Source: Adineta vaga | Taxonomy: Eukaryota > Animalia > Rotifera | NCBI GenBank assembly: GCA_021613535.1 | Contig: CP075495.1 | Span: forward strand, 1,054,001-1,118,000 | Length of the DNA: 64,000 bases | Reading direction: 5' to 3' | Shown: in pieces, positions 38,157-51,445 of the stretch | How the letters are laid out: each line of letters opens with the position of its first letter | How positions within the stretch are numbered: the first letter of the stretch is position 1 | The notes under the pieces: generated by a model | What the model saw: the letters and a program-made list of their open reading frames with translations, nothing else | The model's database searches: none | What the model was told of the DNA's origin: nothing | Made by a program: the position numbers and the translations under genes

Positions 38157-41100
38157 ACAAAAGCAGAATTTCTATATAATAATACAAACTCATGGTACTC
38201 ACAAATTCTTTGTCGTTGTTAATTGTCTTTTTCGGTCGTCTGTATTGTACGAATCATCGAAACTACCAGTTCGGTGGCGTTTGGTTCCTTCCACCGAAAA
38301 ATGTGGAACTAACATCGAAGTTTTTCAGAACTCAATGATTATCTACGAGAAAAAGGAAATCTGGTCATATAACTTTATCGTTCTTGATTTATTATTACAC
38401 CGAATGAAAGAGATAAAAGAAAAAAAACTGATTGTCTACATACGTTTAGATTATGACTAATCGAAATGAGTAAAAATGGGTGAAAATTTCTGGTAAGAAT
38501 ACATTCTAATGACTAATTGATAAATGCGGACTTTCTTTTCTTTCTTTAACAACATATCTGTGTGATCATTTTCGAATAGTTGAGAGTCTGAGAAAATATT
38601 AAAATCAAAACATAAATTTAGGAATATGAGCGACTGATATTTTTGAAACATAAATCACATTGAATATTTTATGAATTGATTTTCTTAATCAAAAGTAAAA
38701 GATTAGATATATTATTCAATTTATTTCTCAAACTTAATCATAATAATATTTAAACAGATGACATTAATAAAACACAAAATAATTACATAATTTACATTCA
38801 TATTGACATATCGTCAAAGATATATTTGAAAAGAAACAATATATAAGATGAATTACGATGATTACCACCTTAAACACACGATGTTATCAGTGTGATTTGT
38901 TTTCTGGTCAGGAAATAATACTCCCGATTCAATCAAATGATTTAAATATTCCACATATATAGTACTTAATAACGTAAAACATAATAATCCTAAATCCGGA
39001 ATATTCTGTTTATTAATAATCAGTAGAAATTGGCTTATTGCTTTCATATCTTTGATCTGCGTATTAATTTGAAGATGTTGTCAACGAGGAAATAGCTTAG
39101 CAAGTAGTTTCACCTAATCTGATGCATAAAGGACTACAAAAGCAACATTGATAACGCGATTTATCCTTGATACTGACCGAAATATTTCATTTTCTTCAAT
39201 CATTCTCTCACTCTTTTCACAAAGAGGAATTGTTCCAAACGTTAACTTATAAACATTTGGTATATAAAATATGAGTTTAAACCTTTTTCAAAAAGAAAAT
39301 TCAGAATCACATTCATCGAAACAAATCGATCAATGACTACATATTCCACTACCCATTTCTTACCTATAGGCAAACAAATAAGAAACTGCACGCTGATTAG
39401 AGTTGCATCCTCCATAAAATACATATTCGTCATATACACAAAATAGTGGCACTATAGTGCCACTATTTTGTGTATGTGACAAATGTGTATTTTATAGAGG
39501 ATGCAACTCTTAGAAGCGTGCAGTTTCTTATTTGTTTGCCTACAGGTAAGAAATGGGTAGTGGAATATATAGTCATTGATCGATTTGTTTCGATGAATGT
39601 CAATCTGAATTTTTTTTTTGAAAAAGGTTTAAACTCATATTTTATATACCAAATGTTTATAAATTTACGTTTGGAACAATGCCTCATTGTGAAAAGATTA
39701 AGAGAATTATTGAAGAATATGAAATATTTCAGTCAGTATCAAGGATAAATCGAGTTATCAATGTTGCTTTTGGAGTCCTTTATGCATCAAATTAGGTGAA
39801 ACTACTTGCTAAGCTATTTCCTCGTTGACAACATCTTCAAATTAATACGCAGATCAAAGATATGAAACCAATTAGTTAATTTCTACTGATTATTAATAAA
39901 CAGAATATTCCGGATTTAGGATTATTATGTTTTACGTTAGGAAGTACTATATATGTGGAATATTTAAATCATTTGATTGAATCGGGAGTATTATCTCTTG
40001 ACCAGAAAACAAATCACACTGATAACATCGTGTGTTTAAGATGGTAATCATCGTAATTCATCTTATATATTGTTTCTTTTCAAATATATCTTTGACGATA
40101 TGTCTATATGAATGTAAATTATGTAATTATTGTGTGTTATACTAATGTCATCTGTTTAAATATTATTATGATTAAGTTTCAGAAATAAATTGAATAATAT
40201 TTCTAATCTTTTACTTTTGATTAAGAAAATGAATTCATAAAATATTCAATGTGATTTATGTTTCAAAAATATCAGTCGCTCATATTCCTAAATTTATGTT
40301 TTGATTTTAATATTTTCTCAGACTCTCAACTATTCGAAAATGATCACACAGATATGTTGTTAAAGAAAGAAAAGAAAGTCCGCATTTATCAATTAGTCAT
40401 TAGAATGTGTTCTTACCAGAAATTTCCACCTATTTTTACTCATTTGGATTAGTCATAATCTAAACGTATGTAGACAATCAGTTTTTTTTTCTTTTATCTC
40501 TTTCATTCGGTGTAATAATAAATCAAGAACGATAAAGTTATATGACCAGATTTCCTTTTTCTCGTAGATAATCATTGAGTTCTGAAAAATTTCGATGTTA
40601 GTTCTACATTTTTCGGTGGAAGGAACCAAACGCCACCGAACTGGTAGTTTTGATGATTCGCACAATAGAGACGACCGAAAAAGACAATTAACAACGACAA
40701 AGAATTTGTGAGTAACATGAATTTGTATTATTATATAGAAATTCTGCTTTTGTTTGTTAGTGATTCATCAAAAAGTATTACACAATTGGAAGATCTTGCT
40801 AATGAAGTTATTTTATGAGATATTTGAATATCTCGATTATTATCATGTTTACAAAGGATTTTTTGATCTCAATTATCGGCTTCATTCACTTCTTATGCAA
40901 TCAACTCTTCGAATTCCAAATTATTTCATGTCTGATGAAAATGCTTTAGGATGATCACAAAACATATTCTGAAGATATACCACCATGTACCATATGTTTC
41001 TCTCACGTCAGATCACATTATAACATTTATTGAGTTACAAGAACTTTTTATCAGTCATTTTCTATTTGTTGAAATTTTACACATTTCAAGAGTGAGAGAA

Positions 41101-41343
41101 ACTCTGGATGCTAACGAATGGAAACAATTAATTTGAATGCATTTACCAAATCTACGAGCAAGTTAGAGAAAGATTTCTGTATTCAATGAATCCATACAGG
41201 TATTGAGATATCTCTAAGATTTCAACTAGATGAAACAACTCAAGTTCATTTGTTTAGAAGAAAAGATTATGAATTAAGTTATCAGTTGAATGACATCAAT
41301 AGTAAAAATGAAACATTCCAATCCGTATCAAAGACAAATTGCA
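37567..41343. repeat. Long inverted duplication (palindrome), ~1.89-kb arms with no spacer
   Basis: The centre aaatagtggcacta|tagtgccactattt is at 39454/39455. Mirror ORFs occur on both strands (e.g. 37956-38156 vs 40754-40954). The arms end at tgcaatttgtc (37567) and gacaaattgca (41343). Confidence 0.95.
40754..41343 (+). pseudogene. F-box/LRR-like relic, inverted truncated copy (right arm)
   Basis: Mirror of 37567-38156, truncated at the foldback element. Confidence 0.55.
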
Positions 41344-42034
41344 GGGTATTACTAATTTATGCTAATACCACAAACACCCATTTTCTTTACATTTTAAGAG
41401 AGATAAACTCCTGAGAAACTCGAGGAAATCACCTTCTTGAACACTAACAGCCAGAGAATTGCAAAATCTACATTTTTGAAAGCACAAATGGTGTCCTCCC
41501 ATTGAGTATTAGGGCCCTGAGTGAACATCTGGGTGGGACTCATAAAGATCTCAAATCACTGCGCCAAAGCAGACAAGAACTTTTGTATTCGCCTCTATAA
41601 TTTACACCCTCACTCATGAGATTGAAGGGGTACATAGCTGATGAGAATGAGTGGTGATATGAGTCTATGTGACTATGTGAGTGAGGGTGTGGATGTGGGT
41701 GAAAATAGGGACGGGCACATTCATATCAAGCAGAGAGTGAGTTTGGCAGCTGGTTGGGTCTAATGCATTTTGGGACATAATAGAGGCGAATACAAAAGTT
41801 CTTGTCTGCTTTGGCGCAGTGATTTGAGATCTTTATGAGTCCCACCCAGATGTTCACCCAGGGCCCTAATACTCAATGGGAGGACACCATTCGTGCTTTC
41901 AAAAATGTAGATTTTGCAATTCTCTGGCTGTTAGTGTTGAAGAAGGTGATCTCCTCGAGTTTCTCAGGAGTTTATCTCTCTTAAAATGTAAAGAAAATGG
42001 GTGTTTGTGGTATTAGCATAAATTAGTAATACCC
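41344..42034. mobile_element. Foldback/MITE-like element with 255-bp TIRs
   Basis: 41344-41598 and 41780-42034 are near-perfect reverse complements (gggtattactaatttatgc...gcataaattagtaataccc) around a 181-bp spacer. There is no ORF and no evident TSD. Confidence 0.85.
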
Positions 42035-42479
42035 ATAGACATTCACGAATAGTCAATTCACCAAGTAAATGTAATACTAATCTATCATGATTATTTTATT
42101 TTATATATTGAAGGTACTATTTCACATTTTAACTCAGTCGTGAATGAGTTTCGTGACAATAGAAAAAGTCTATAGGTATATCAAAAATGAAAACCCACCA
42201 ATCCCTACCTTTTGTCGCATGGTGTTGCTTACCGTAATTCTCATTGGGAATAATGAAGTGGGACAAAGATCGATCACTTCCAGGTAATTAAAAACAAAAC
42301 TGAGAACGATAATCAAAATTTATAGTCATCTGCAACAACCTCCTTGGAAACGATAAATGCTTATAATTCTTCTCTTCTTTTTTTGAATTAACAAGTAGTT
42401 ATATGGTCAATCTTTTGCATTAAAAAGAACAAGGAGGCCAAAATAGTTTTAATATTATTCTACGCTAAGATTTACTAAT

Positions 42480-43174
42480 GCAAAGCAATTTATTCAGGGT
42501 GATCGATCCCCTCGGAAAAAGTTGTTTCACTTTTACTTTTTATTTGATCATTTGATAAACATTTCTAAATTTTTTTTAACCTGAATGTGAAGTATATGAT
42601 GTTTGTGGATGTTAATTAATGTAAATGCATGTCTGTAGCGGCTCTTCTCTTTGTTTGTTAATAACTGTAATTAGTATCAAACATACATGTAATGCGTATT
42701 ATTGATGCATACTTTTTATTTTGTGATTCAGATAGGATAGTGTTCACTCAATGATATCCAGCAAATATTTTTAAAAAATGAGCAAAAAACATAAAGATAT
42801 TAGTACATATTTTGTGTCAAACAAGCGTTTTAGAAGAAATACAGATAAAAACGATGCAGATCTATTAACAACAGATAGTCTTAATGAGTCTAACAATAAT
42901 GATGTCGAAGTTAGTTATGACAGTGCATCAGTTACTGATTCTTCATCATCTGTGAGTCAAAATTGTAATAATAGTAACAATTATTAGATTATATATATCA
43001 AATGAGTCAATTTTGAATGATTTTTCTTTATTAAGTGCTTTGTTTTTTTGGTTGGATTTCTTCGTTGTATGTTAATAGTTTAAATAAATATGAAAAAAAA
43101 AATTTATAACACATTCATGATATGAGAAAATTTTGATCCCCCCCCCCCGGATAAAAATCCTGGCTACTTGCCTG
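42480..43174. mobile_element. Internally deleted hAT-like element remnant
   Basis: The terminus ...ccccccggataaaaatcctggctacttgcctg resembles hAT ends (CAGG..GTAGCCAGG). ORF 42778-42987 (MSKKHKDISTYF..KR) resembles low-complexity N-termini of ZMYM-type hAT transposases. The left end was not found. Confidence 0.45.
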
Positions 43175-43440
43175 GCACTACCCAGATCAAAATGGGTAAC
43201 ACTAAACTCAGTTACAAAAATAACTCATACACCTACACCCTCAATTTATACTCATTGCAAGACTTTTCTCTACAAGACAGATGTCAGTGTCATTTGATAG
43301 GATGAGACAAAAATTTAATTGGTCTAAATGTTTTGATGTTACTTATACAATATGTGATATAATATGATATGATGTCTCTTTGATTTTTGTAAATCAATCA
43401 AGCATAAACCAAAATCTAGTAAATATCGAATTAATACAGC

Positions 43441-44848
43441 ATGACGACGAACAATACGACAGTAAATCGAAACAAAATAGAAAATTCATCGAATAGTTCT
43501 CAGTAAGAAATTTTTCTTTTTTCGATATTTTTTATTTTTATTTCATTGATTTCAATTAGAATTCATGAGAAAATTGCAAGTTCAAAATCCAATCATGAAA
43601 TATCTGATTCAATTCGTTTACTTGCATCGATTCTATTAGGTATGAGTTTTGGTTTTTTAATGAATAAAGCCAATGTTTATCTTGCACCAACAATTCGTGA
43701 TCAAATGTTATTTAAACGTTTTTCTATGATTAAAATGTTTCTTGCTGCTGTTGGAATGTCAATGTTATCGGTAGTTGTTCTAATTCTAATCAATAACTCA
43801 ATCTACCAAAAAGTTCTTCATGGATTTATTCAACGAAATAATCGTATCAATGGTAAATTTTTCAAGAATATACGATATATTCTTTGATTTTATTTAGCTA
43901 TTCAACTCACAATCGGTGGTATGTTGATTGGGATTGGAATGGTTCTCGCTGGTAGCTGCCCTGGAACAGTTTTTGTTCAAATGTATCTGATTTATCTCTG
44001 TTCGATTGTCTTTTTAATATATTTTCTATTGTAGTGGTTCAGGTTTAAGAAATTCTTTGATAACAAGTCTCGGTGCTAGTTGTGGTGTTTTATTTTATTA
44101 CATATTTCTTCAGAATTATTTATCAAAACAAGATTTATCCAAATCATCAATAGTTCTTCAACAACTTCCAGATTTAATTGGTAGAAAACGTCTTTCTATA
44201 TGTTTAGCTTTTGGTTTATTATTTCTTGGTATTGCCTTTCTTTTGGAATATCTTTTACCATATCACAATAATTCAATTGAACCAAAAGATTCTTTAATTA
44301 TCAATGGTTGGTCACCAGTTCTATGTGGAATTGGTATTGGTTTCTTACAATTATTTTTTATGATTTGTTTTGAAAAATCATTGGGTATATCAACTGGTTT
44401 TACCGTTTTAGTTGCACAATTATGTCGTATAAATTTATTCAGACAATTCATTCCATCTTTACAATCATTTACTTCTGGAGTACAAAATAACATAACATTA
44501 TTATTTTCATTTGGAGCAATCCTAGGAAGTTTTATATCAACAGTTCTTTCGGGAAATTTTCCGTTGAATGAAAAGTATGGTGCAAATACTTTCAATAGTT
44601 TTCTTGGTGGATTTTTCTTATTAGTGGGTGCACGTTGTGCCGGTGGTTGTACAAGTGGACAAGGAATTTCTGGTAAAATCGATTTCCTTTTTCATACTGA
44701 ATTATCTTTAAGAACTCGTTTTCATATAGGTTTTACACATCTTTTAATTGGTTCTTTCATTGCAACTGCAGCCATGTTTGGTGGAGGAATATTCTTTGCT
44801 ATAGCTTATGGATTATTAACCGGAGACTGGAAATTCTATGCATTATGA
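43441..44848 (+). CDS. YeeE/YedE (TsuA-like) sulfur/thiosulfate transporter
   Basis: Exons 43441-43502, 43560-43852, 43898-43982, 44035-44672 and 44730-44848. Motifs are G..FGF, IRDQMLF....MIKMFL.A, GMVLAGSCPGT and GAR.AGGCTSGQGISG. Confidence 0.88.
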
Positions 44849-46680
44849 ATCATAGTATTGATATGAAAGCAAAAAACATTTTTTTTTCAAAGTTCGAATA
44901 AATAATAACTGTAAAAATATTGTCATGTTAGTTGTATTGAAACTGTATAAAATAAGATGAAAAAAAAACAAACGGTATGCAGAAAAAATAAAAGGTAAGG
45001 TATGTTTTGAAATAACGATCGTTTGAGGGACAAAAGTGTTTCTTTTTCGTTATGCGAAAAATTGCGACGAGTCACTCAAGTTGATAATTTTACTTTTGAG
45101 AACGAAAATAAACAGTAAAGATGTATACTCATATATTTATAAGAACGCAATATAATTTCATTTGACGTCATTCATTTATGTTTCATTAATGAAGATTAGA
45201 TTTTTCTTGTCAAAAGTTTCTTTTTCTTTAGTTTATACAATGAAAAGAATGAATTGAAAAATGAGTGGAATTCTTTTCATTAAGAAGTAATTGGAAACAT
45301 CAAAATTTACTATGTTATAATTTTTGACACTTGATTTTGCATGGGAAATGACAATTAAACTTGGTTAAGAATAGCTTTTTACCAAGTTAGTTTTGACCTC
45401 AACAGTCAATCATGACGAAAGCGAAAGTACTTTAATAACAATGTCGTCATTTGCTTGATAGGTTTCTTTTTTATATGCAACGTCAAGACTAAAATATCAA
45501 GTCGGAGAAGTGCAAAAACAGTCTTATACAAGTTGAGAAGACTACTCATTATTATCACACCAGAGAATGAATGTATTGAAAAAATCATTTTGGTTTTCTT
45601 TTTCTTATGAAAAATATTATTTTAACTTGTCATTAATGACGTCTCGGCATTACACAATACAAAAGCCACTACTGTGTCATTAAAAACACGTCCTCTATTC
45701 TTTATTCTTTCTGCGTTGGCGTTTTTTTTTGTGCTTCGTAGTAGTTTTCTTTTCCTTTCTCACTTCTATCCTTTTCTTGTTAACTTGATTCTCGGGTTTT
45801 TTGTTCGCTTCTGTCTTGTCAGACTTACAGAACAAGATACAAAAGAAAAGTTGTTTCAATTCTGTTGTCAGAGAGAAAAACATATCGTCATTAGTTTGTC
45901 TCGGCACATCGTCGTCTAGTCATTAGAATGTCTGTCTATGGATCTCTGCATCCTTATGACAATCGTTTCCATCACATAAGATTAAGACTATTCTACTTAT
46001 ATACAGCAAGATGAGTAAACAAAACAAAGATATCTGTGGTTGATTGATAGTACATTGTTTTATGAACATTCCCATTATTTCACTTAGAAAATTACATAGT
46101 CGATTATGCCATGTTACTCCGTATGATTTGTCCAATTCTGTATATGTAAGTGTTATTATGAAACGACCACCTTCTTTCGCTACTATATATGCTCGTTCTC
46201 GCTTGTTCAACCTTCACCTCTTACGCTTACTCGCCGCCTCTTCTCTTTCTTCAACTACGTGTTCTCCTCCTCGTCTATTTTTCTGTGTTGGCGATGTTAG
46301 TATACTATATTCGCTTCTTTCTTTTGCCTCGTCCGTCGTCGCCTCGCCTCTCTTATTGAACATATATGCACATATATAAGTTCAACTATTCGTAAGCGAC
46401 CGACCGACCGACCGACAAAGAAAAAGAAGCAGAAGAAGAAGAAGAAGAAGAAAAAAAAGAACGCATAAAGGATTACGTATATGCCCGGACCGTCCCTCTT
46501 TTTTCCTTTTTCTCTCTTATACAACTCGAGGGGCAGTCATCGTCAACGTCGCTCCGAAAGAGACAGATATTTGCACAATCGTCATTATTTGGTCCTATTT
46601 TTTCTTCTTTACTTTTATTCTAGATCATCGTTTCTTTCCCATTAAAGTATACCTGTGTGTAAGTATATGTATATTTACCA

Positions 46681-49380
46681 ATGACAACGACGACGACAAC
46701 ATCAGCAGTAGCTACGGTAAATTCACTTTCATCAATCGATCCACAATTATTGAAACTTCTTGCACATCATCATCAACATCATTTACAACAGCCAACTGCA
46801 AAAGAATTTCTTCAACATGCATTTTATTACAATCATCCACCTCCGAATCGAGTAGCAACAAATTTACCTCGACATCTTCTGGGAAATGGTTTATCAAAAT
46901 TAAATACAGAAAATTCTCTGGCAAATCTTAAATTATCAACAATTAATGGTAAAAATGATTCACAACAATCATTTAATCATTCTCCCTTAAAAAAATTATC
47001 AAAAGAAACATTAACATTCGATCAATGGCTTCAACCGCCAGTTGGATCAATGATCCAGGGACCACCATGTCTGCCAGCTGACACATCAATAGCAGCTCTC
47101 AAGAGTGAAACCATTCTATCATCAGGTATAAGTCAATTTATTGTCAAGAGAAACTGATAGAAAAGTTAAAAGGATGCAAAATCAGATATTTTATTAGTTC
47201 GACTTAATAGTATAAGAAGATGTAATGCGAAATCATGTGTGACTGTAAGATAAGAAAAATAAAAAACAAACGTCTAGACATTTCAATTAACACATTTTGA
47301 GAAATAAGAAAAAGCATGTAAGTTATTCTTGGAATTCATAGATTTCATCAATGGATTTTCCTTTCTTTCAATTAGGTGAACGTATTACATGTTTTATTGT
47401 TGGCGGTGAAAAACGTTTATGTCTACCAGAAATTCTTAATACAGTTTTGAAAGATTTTTCTTTACAAGAAATCAATGCAGCATGTGAACGTTTACATATT
47501 TATTGTTCGCGTTGCACAAGTGAACAATTAGATGTTTTAAAATTGATTCAAATTTTACCAATCAATGCTCCATCATGTGGTTTAATAACTCAAACAGATG
47601 CTGAACGTCTTTGTGCAAATTTATTACAATTACGTTACAAAGGACAATTACATTCAGTTAATTCATTATCATTAAATCAATATGAACGTTTATATTCACT
47701 AAAAGTTCAACATAAATGTTTTGGAAAATGTTCCGGAACATTATATCCAACATTGTATGTTGCACCGCAAGCTGAATGTATACAATGTGATACATGTCAA
47801 GCATTATTTTCACCCAAAACATTTGTTTCACATGGACATAAATCAGAAGAAAATCGTGTTTGTCATTGGGGATTTAATTCCGATAATTGGCGCGCTTACC
47901 TTAGATTACGTTCTACTGAAGATACAAAAGCACGAGAAGAATTAGAATTGGTTAAAGAAAAATTTCTCAACAATAATACAACAACAACTAATACAAATCA
48001 TCACAATCAAAAGAAACGATTAGCTCAACAAATGGTAAAAGACGATTGAATTCTTTCAGTTCTATTTCATAAAAAAAATCATCTTTTTTTTCTCTTCTAA
48101 ATTAGGATTCTTTAATACCAGCAGAAAAACGAATAAAGACAAATCCATCTTCATCATCATCATCAGCAGCATCATCATCATCATGTGATAGTTGGCCATC
48201 AACAAATAATCTTTATTCATATTCTCAAACAGCATTTTCAACAGTGAAAAAAGATAATCATTCTAGTGATTATTCATTTAGTTTATCTCGACCCAATTTA
48301 GTACATCCATCATTATCTATGGAAGTTCCCATACCAACTCGACCATCACCATTACGTGTTGTTCATTCGAATTCAACGGAATTAAATGATCCAACAAATT
48401 CATCCATAACAAACTTTAATGGTAAGCATAAATTAATAGTTTCGATCGTTTCTTTTTGTTTGTATATCTCGAAATGTCCTCAGTCAGATTCGTTTTCATT
48501 TACTCTATCACATCTATGTCATATTGAATAGTTATGTAAGCTTTGTCAACAAAATATATTGAGAAGATGTTGATAATTGCTAAGAGAAATATCACTTCAA
48601 TAGTCACTTGAATTTTTTTTCTTCTCATAAATAGATTTTTCACCAGATGGTATTCGACAAATAGTTGAATCAACAGTTATATCTCCACGTGCACGAACTC
48701 AATTATTAACATATATAACTCAATTACAATTAGCTGCTTATGTACAATCATCAAGAACAAATGTAACTGTTCATGATAATCAACAAAATGAAACAATTTT
48801 ATTACGAGTACGTTTTTTTCTTCTTCTTCTTCAGTTCATAGGATTGAAAATTGATTGTATTTAGCGTGAAAATGAATCACTTCGTGAACGTTTATCAAAA
48901 TTAGAATCGATTCAAGTATCATCCAATTCAAGTACAATTAGTAAAACATCATCAAATGATCATAATCAACAACATGATTGTACAATTGGAGATTTAGATG
49001 ATTTTGAGTCAACTATTTCAACAAATAGTACATCATCTGTAATTGCACAAGAAACAGTTGTCAATGATCAACGAAAATATTTTGATCGTAAACGTCGACT
49101 TTTAGCTGCTGAACAACAAATATCAATACCAGAAACAGAAATGTTAATGACGAAAAAAACAAGTGTTTATAAGAAGGCTTGTTTAGATGAAATTGTTGAT
49201 TCATTAAATCAAAAAGCTCAAGCAGAACGAGAAGATAACAATGATGATGATGATGATGATGATATTGAAGATAATGATGATGAGGAAGAAGAAATGGTTA
49301 TGACAACAATAAATGAAAGAGAAGATGAAGATGAAGAGATCGATATTGATGACGGAAAAGTTACAGAAAATAACCAATGA
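46681..49380 (+). CDS. SKI: Ski/Sno family transcriptional co-repressor
   Basis: Ski/Sno/Dac domain [22 protein letters not shown]...[15 protein letters not shown] and SMAD4-binding SAND-like domain HKCFGKC.G...CIQC..C...FSP..FVSHGH...HWGF.S.NWRAY, followed by a coiled-coil/acidic tail; about 6 exons. Confidence 0.9.
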
Positions 49381-50419
49381 GTAGATTATATATACCTTTT
49401 ATTTTTATTGTTTAGTTAGAGAAAAAAAGAATCTTAGTACTCAGGTATTTTTTCCTTTGGGTTTTCTTTTTCCTGTTGTTGTCATTCTACTTCGGAACAG
49501 TAACATCAGTCTATCTTTCTGTTATAAATTTCAATGTTAATTGAAATTAATCGACTTTTATAGATGAATTCGAATAACTTGCTGTGGTGTGTGTGTGTGT
49601 GTACTATTGTTATTTTATTGTAATTTTTCTTTTATCTTCATTATCTTCGTACTATAAGAAGCTTTTTTTGTTTTGAACAGTGTATACATATAATTACATA
49701 TATGTATATATACATATATATTTGTCTCTATGTGTGTGTGTTTTGTTGCATTTGTTTTTGGCAAGAAAAATAATAAAAACAAATTAAAAATATAAAGTAC
49801 TAGATATAGTTTTCAAGATTAGAAAAAAACGCAAAGTTTACGAAAACATTTTGTCACACAAATGTATGGTTCACATGTATATTGATTTTTTTTTGTTCTT
49901 AACCCTTAAAACAAAACTCGTTCATCCGTAAACTATCACGCGTTGTTTTCGTGCATTGATGCACACATATGAAAAGTGTATTCATAGACGATTTGATTTT
50001 TTTATTTCATTTATCTTATACATCTTAGGAATTTATTGATAGAAAAATTCTTATGGAATATGTTCCTTTAAAATGCGTATTATAAGCTATTACGTTTCTT
50101 ATATTATACGAAAAATGATGACTATGATATAGGAAATAGTTCTTCATTTTTTTATATTATCGTTTTGACATGAAGAAATCTAGACCAACAATATTCGATA
50201 TGATAGTTGTCATGGACTTCGCCCATGATTCATCTGCTCCTCTTCCATTCCACTTTCATCCTAAACCTCTTCGATTCCACTCCCCTTCTCTTCTTTTCAT
50301 CTCGATATATATATACACGTGACTGTTCTGTTTGATGGGGGTATCATCAGCGTTCTATCTGATATGAATAAAGAACCATCACAATAGTGAATAATATTTA
50401 ATATTTCAGAAATAAGTTA

Positions 50420-51445
50420 ATGAATAAGATGAAGATATTCTGTACAAGTATCAACAATGTTCTAATATCAATAATAATTTTATTCTCTCACAAAAGCAAA
50501 AAATTTTACATGAAATCCTTAATGACAATTACAATTCTATATTTCATATACAATGAATATTATTGTTTTTTCATCGATAAATTAACAACAAAAATAATTC
50601 CTAATTTGGATGAACTTAAAATTTATAGTTATGATACGTCTCGTTCATCATCATCCAGCAAAGATCTTATTGTAATAATGACACCGAAATTTTCATCATA
50701 TCTTATTCAACGATTAGAATTACTCGATATTCGATTGTCTGACAATTTCAAAACACCATTACTTATTATGCATAATAATCATTTACATGAAAGTGATCTT
50801 TTATATATCAATAAAACGATTAAACGTGAAATGATGTATCTTGATATTAGTCCTGTTTTTACTTTATTTCCAACAAATTTTGATTCATGCCGTACAAAAT
50901 CATCATGGTCACGTCGTGGTAAATGGAATTATCACCTTATGATACGATTTTGGTTTAAAATTCTTTTTGAATTACCTCATTTCAAACAATACGATTATAT
51001 TATGCGTCTAGATGATGATTCACAAATTCTTGGTCCATGGATAAATGTATTCAATGAAATGCGTAGTAAAAATGCAGTCTATTTTGCCAATGATAAAGAT
51101 GTTGATTTGGAAAAGTCATTACCCGGATTAATGAAATTGCAATATACTACATTTAAATATATAATACTAAATAATATAACTGTAAAACAACCTGAAATGA
51201 TACGTAATGGATTTGGTGAAGATTATATTCGAAACTATTTTAATAATTTCGAAGTTATGAAATTGGAATTTTTTCGACGTTCAGATGTTCGACAATGGAT
51301 CGATGAAGTTGATCAAACTCATGGCATTTTAAAATATCGATGGGGTGATGCAACATTAAGATATATTACATTAGCTATGTTTTCTTCATCGAATGAAGTA
51401 TTACATCGTCAACAATATAATCTTCCTTATTGTCATAAGTGTTAG
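50420..51445 (+). CDS. GT15 alpha-1,2-mannosyltransferase-like (KRE2/MNT1 family)
   Basis: YHLMIRFW, YDYIMRLDDDS, YFNNFE....FFR and G....RWGDA; N-terminal hydrophobic anchor; intronless. The start codon is uncertain. Confidence 0.85.
   Translation: MNKMKIFCTSINNVLISIIILFSHKSKKFYMKSLMTITILYFIYNEYYCFFIDKLTTKIIPNLDELKIYSYDTSRSSSSSKDLIVIMTPKFSSYLIQRLELLDIRLSDNFKTPLLIMHNNHLHESDLLYINKTIKREMMYLDISPVFTLFPTNFDSCRTKSSWSRRGKWNYHLMIRFWFKILFELPHFKQYDYIMRLDDDSQILGPWINVFNEMRSKNAVYFANDKDVDLEKSLPGLMKLQYTTFKYIILNNITVKQPEMIRNGFGEDYIRNYFNNFEVMKLEFFRRSDVRQWIDEVDQTHGILKYRWGDATLRYITLAMFSSSNEVLHRQQYNLPYCHKC

Noticed and set aside
38245-40665. Mirror-image short ORFs as real genes
   Set aside because: They arise from the inverted duplication of non-coding or pseudogenic DNA and have no recognisable domains.
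45674-46524. Several short ORFs upstream of the Ski homolog
   Set aside because: Promoter/5' UTR with (gaa)n and (ccga)n simple repeats; overlapping ORFs on both strands without motifs.
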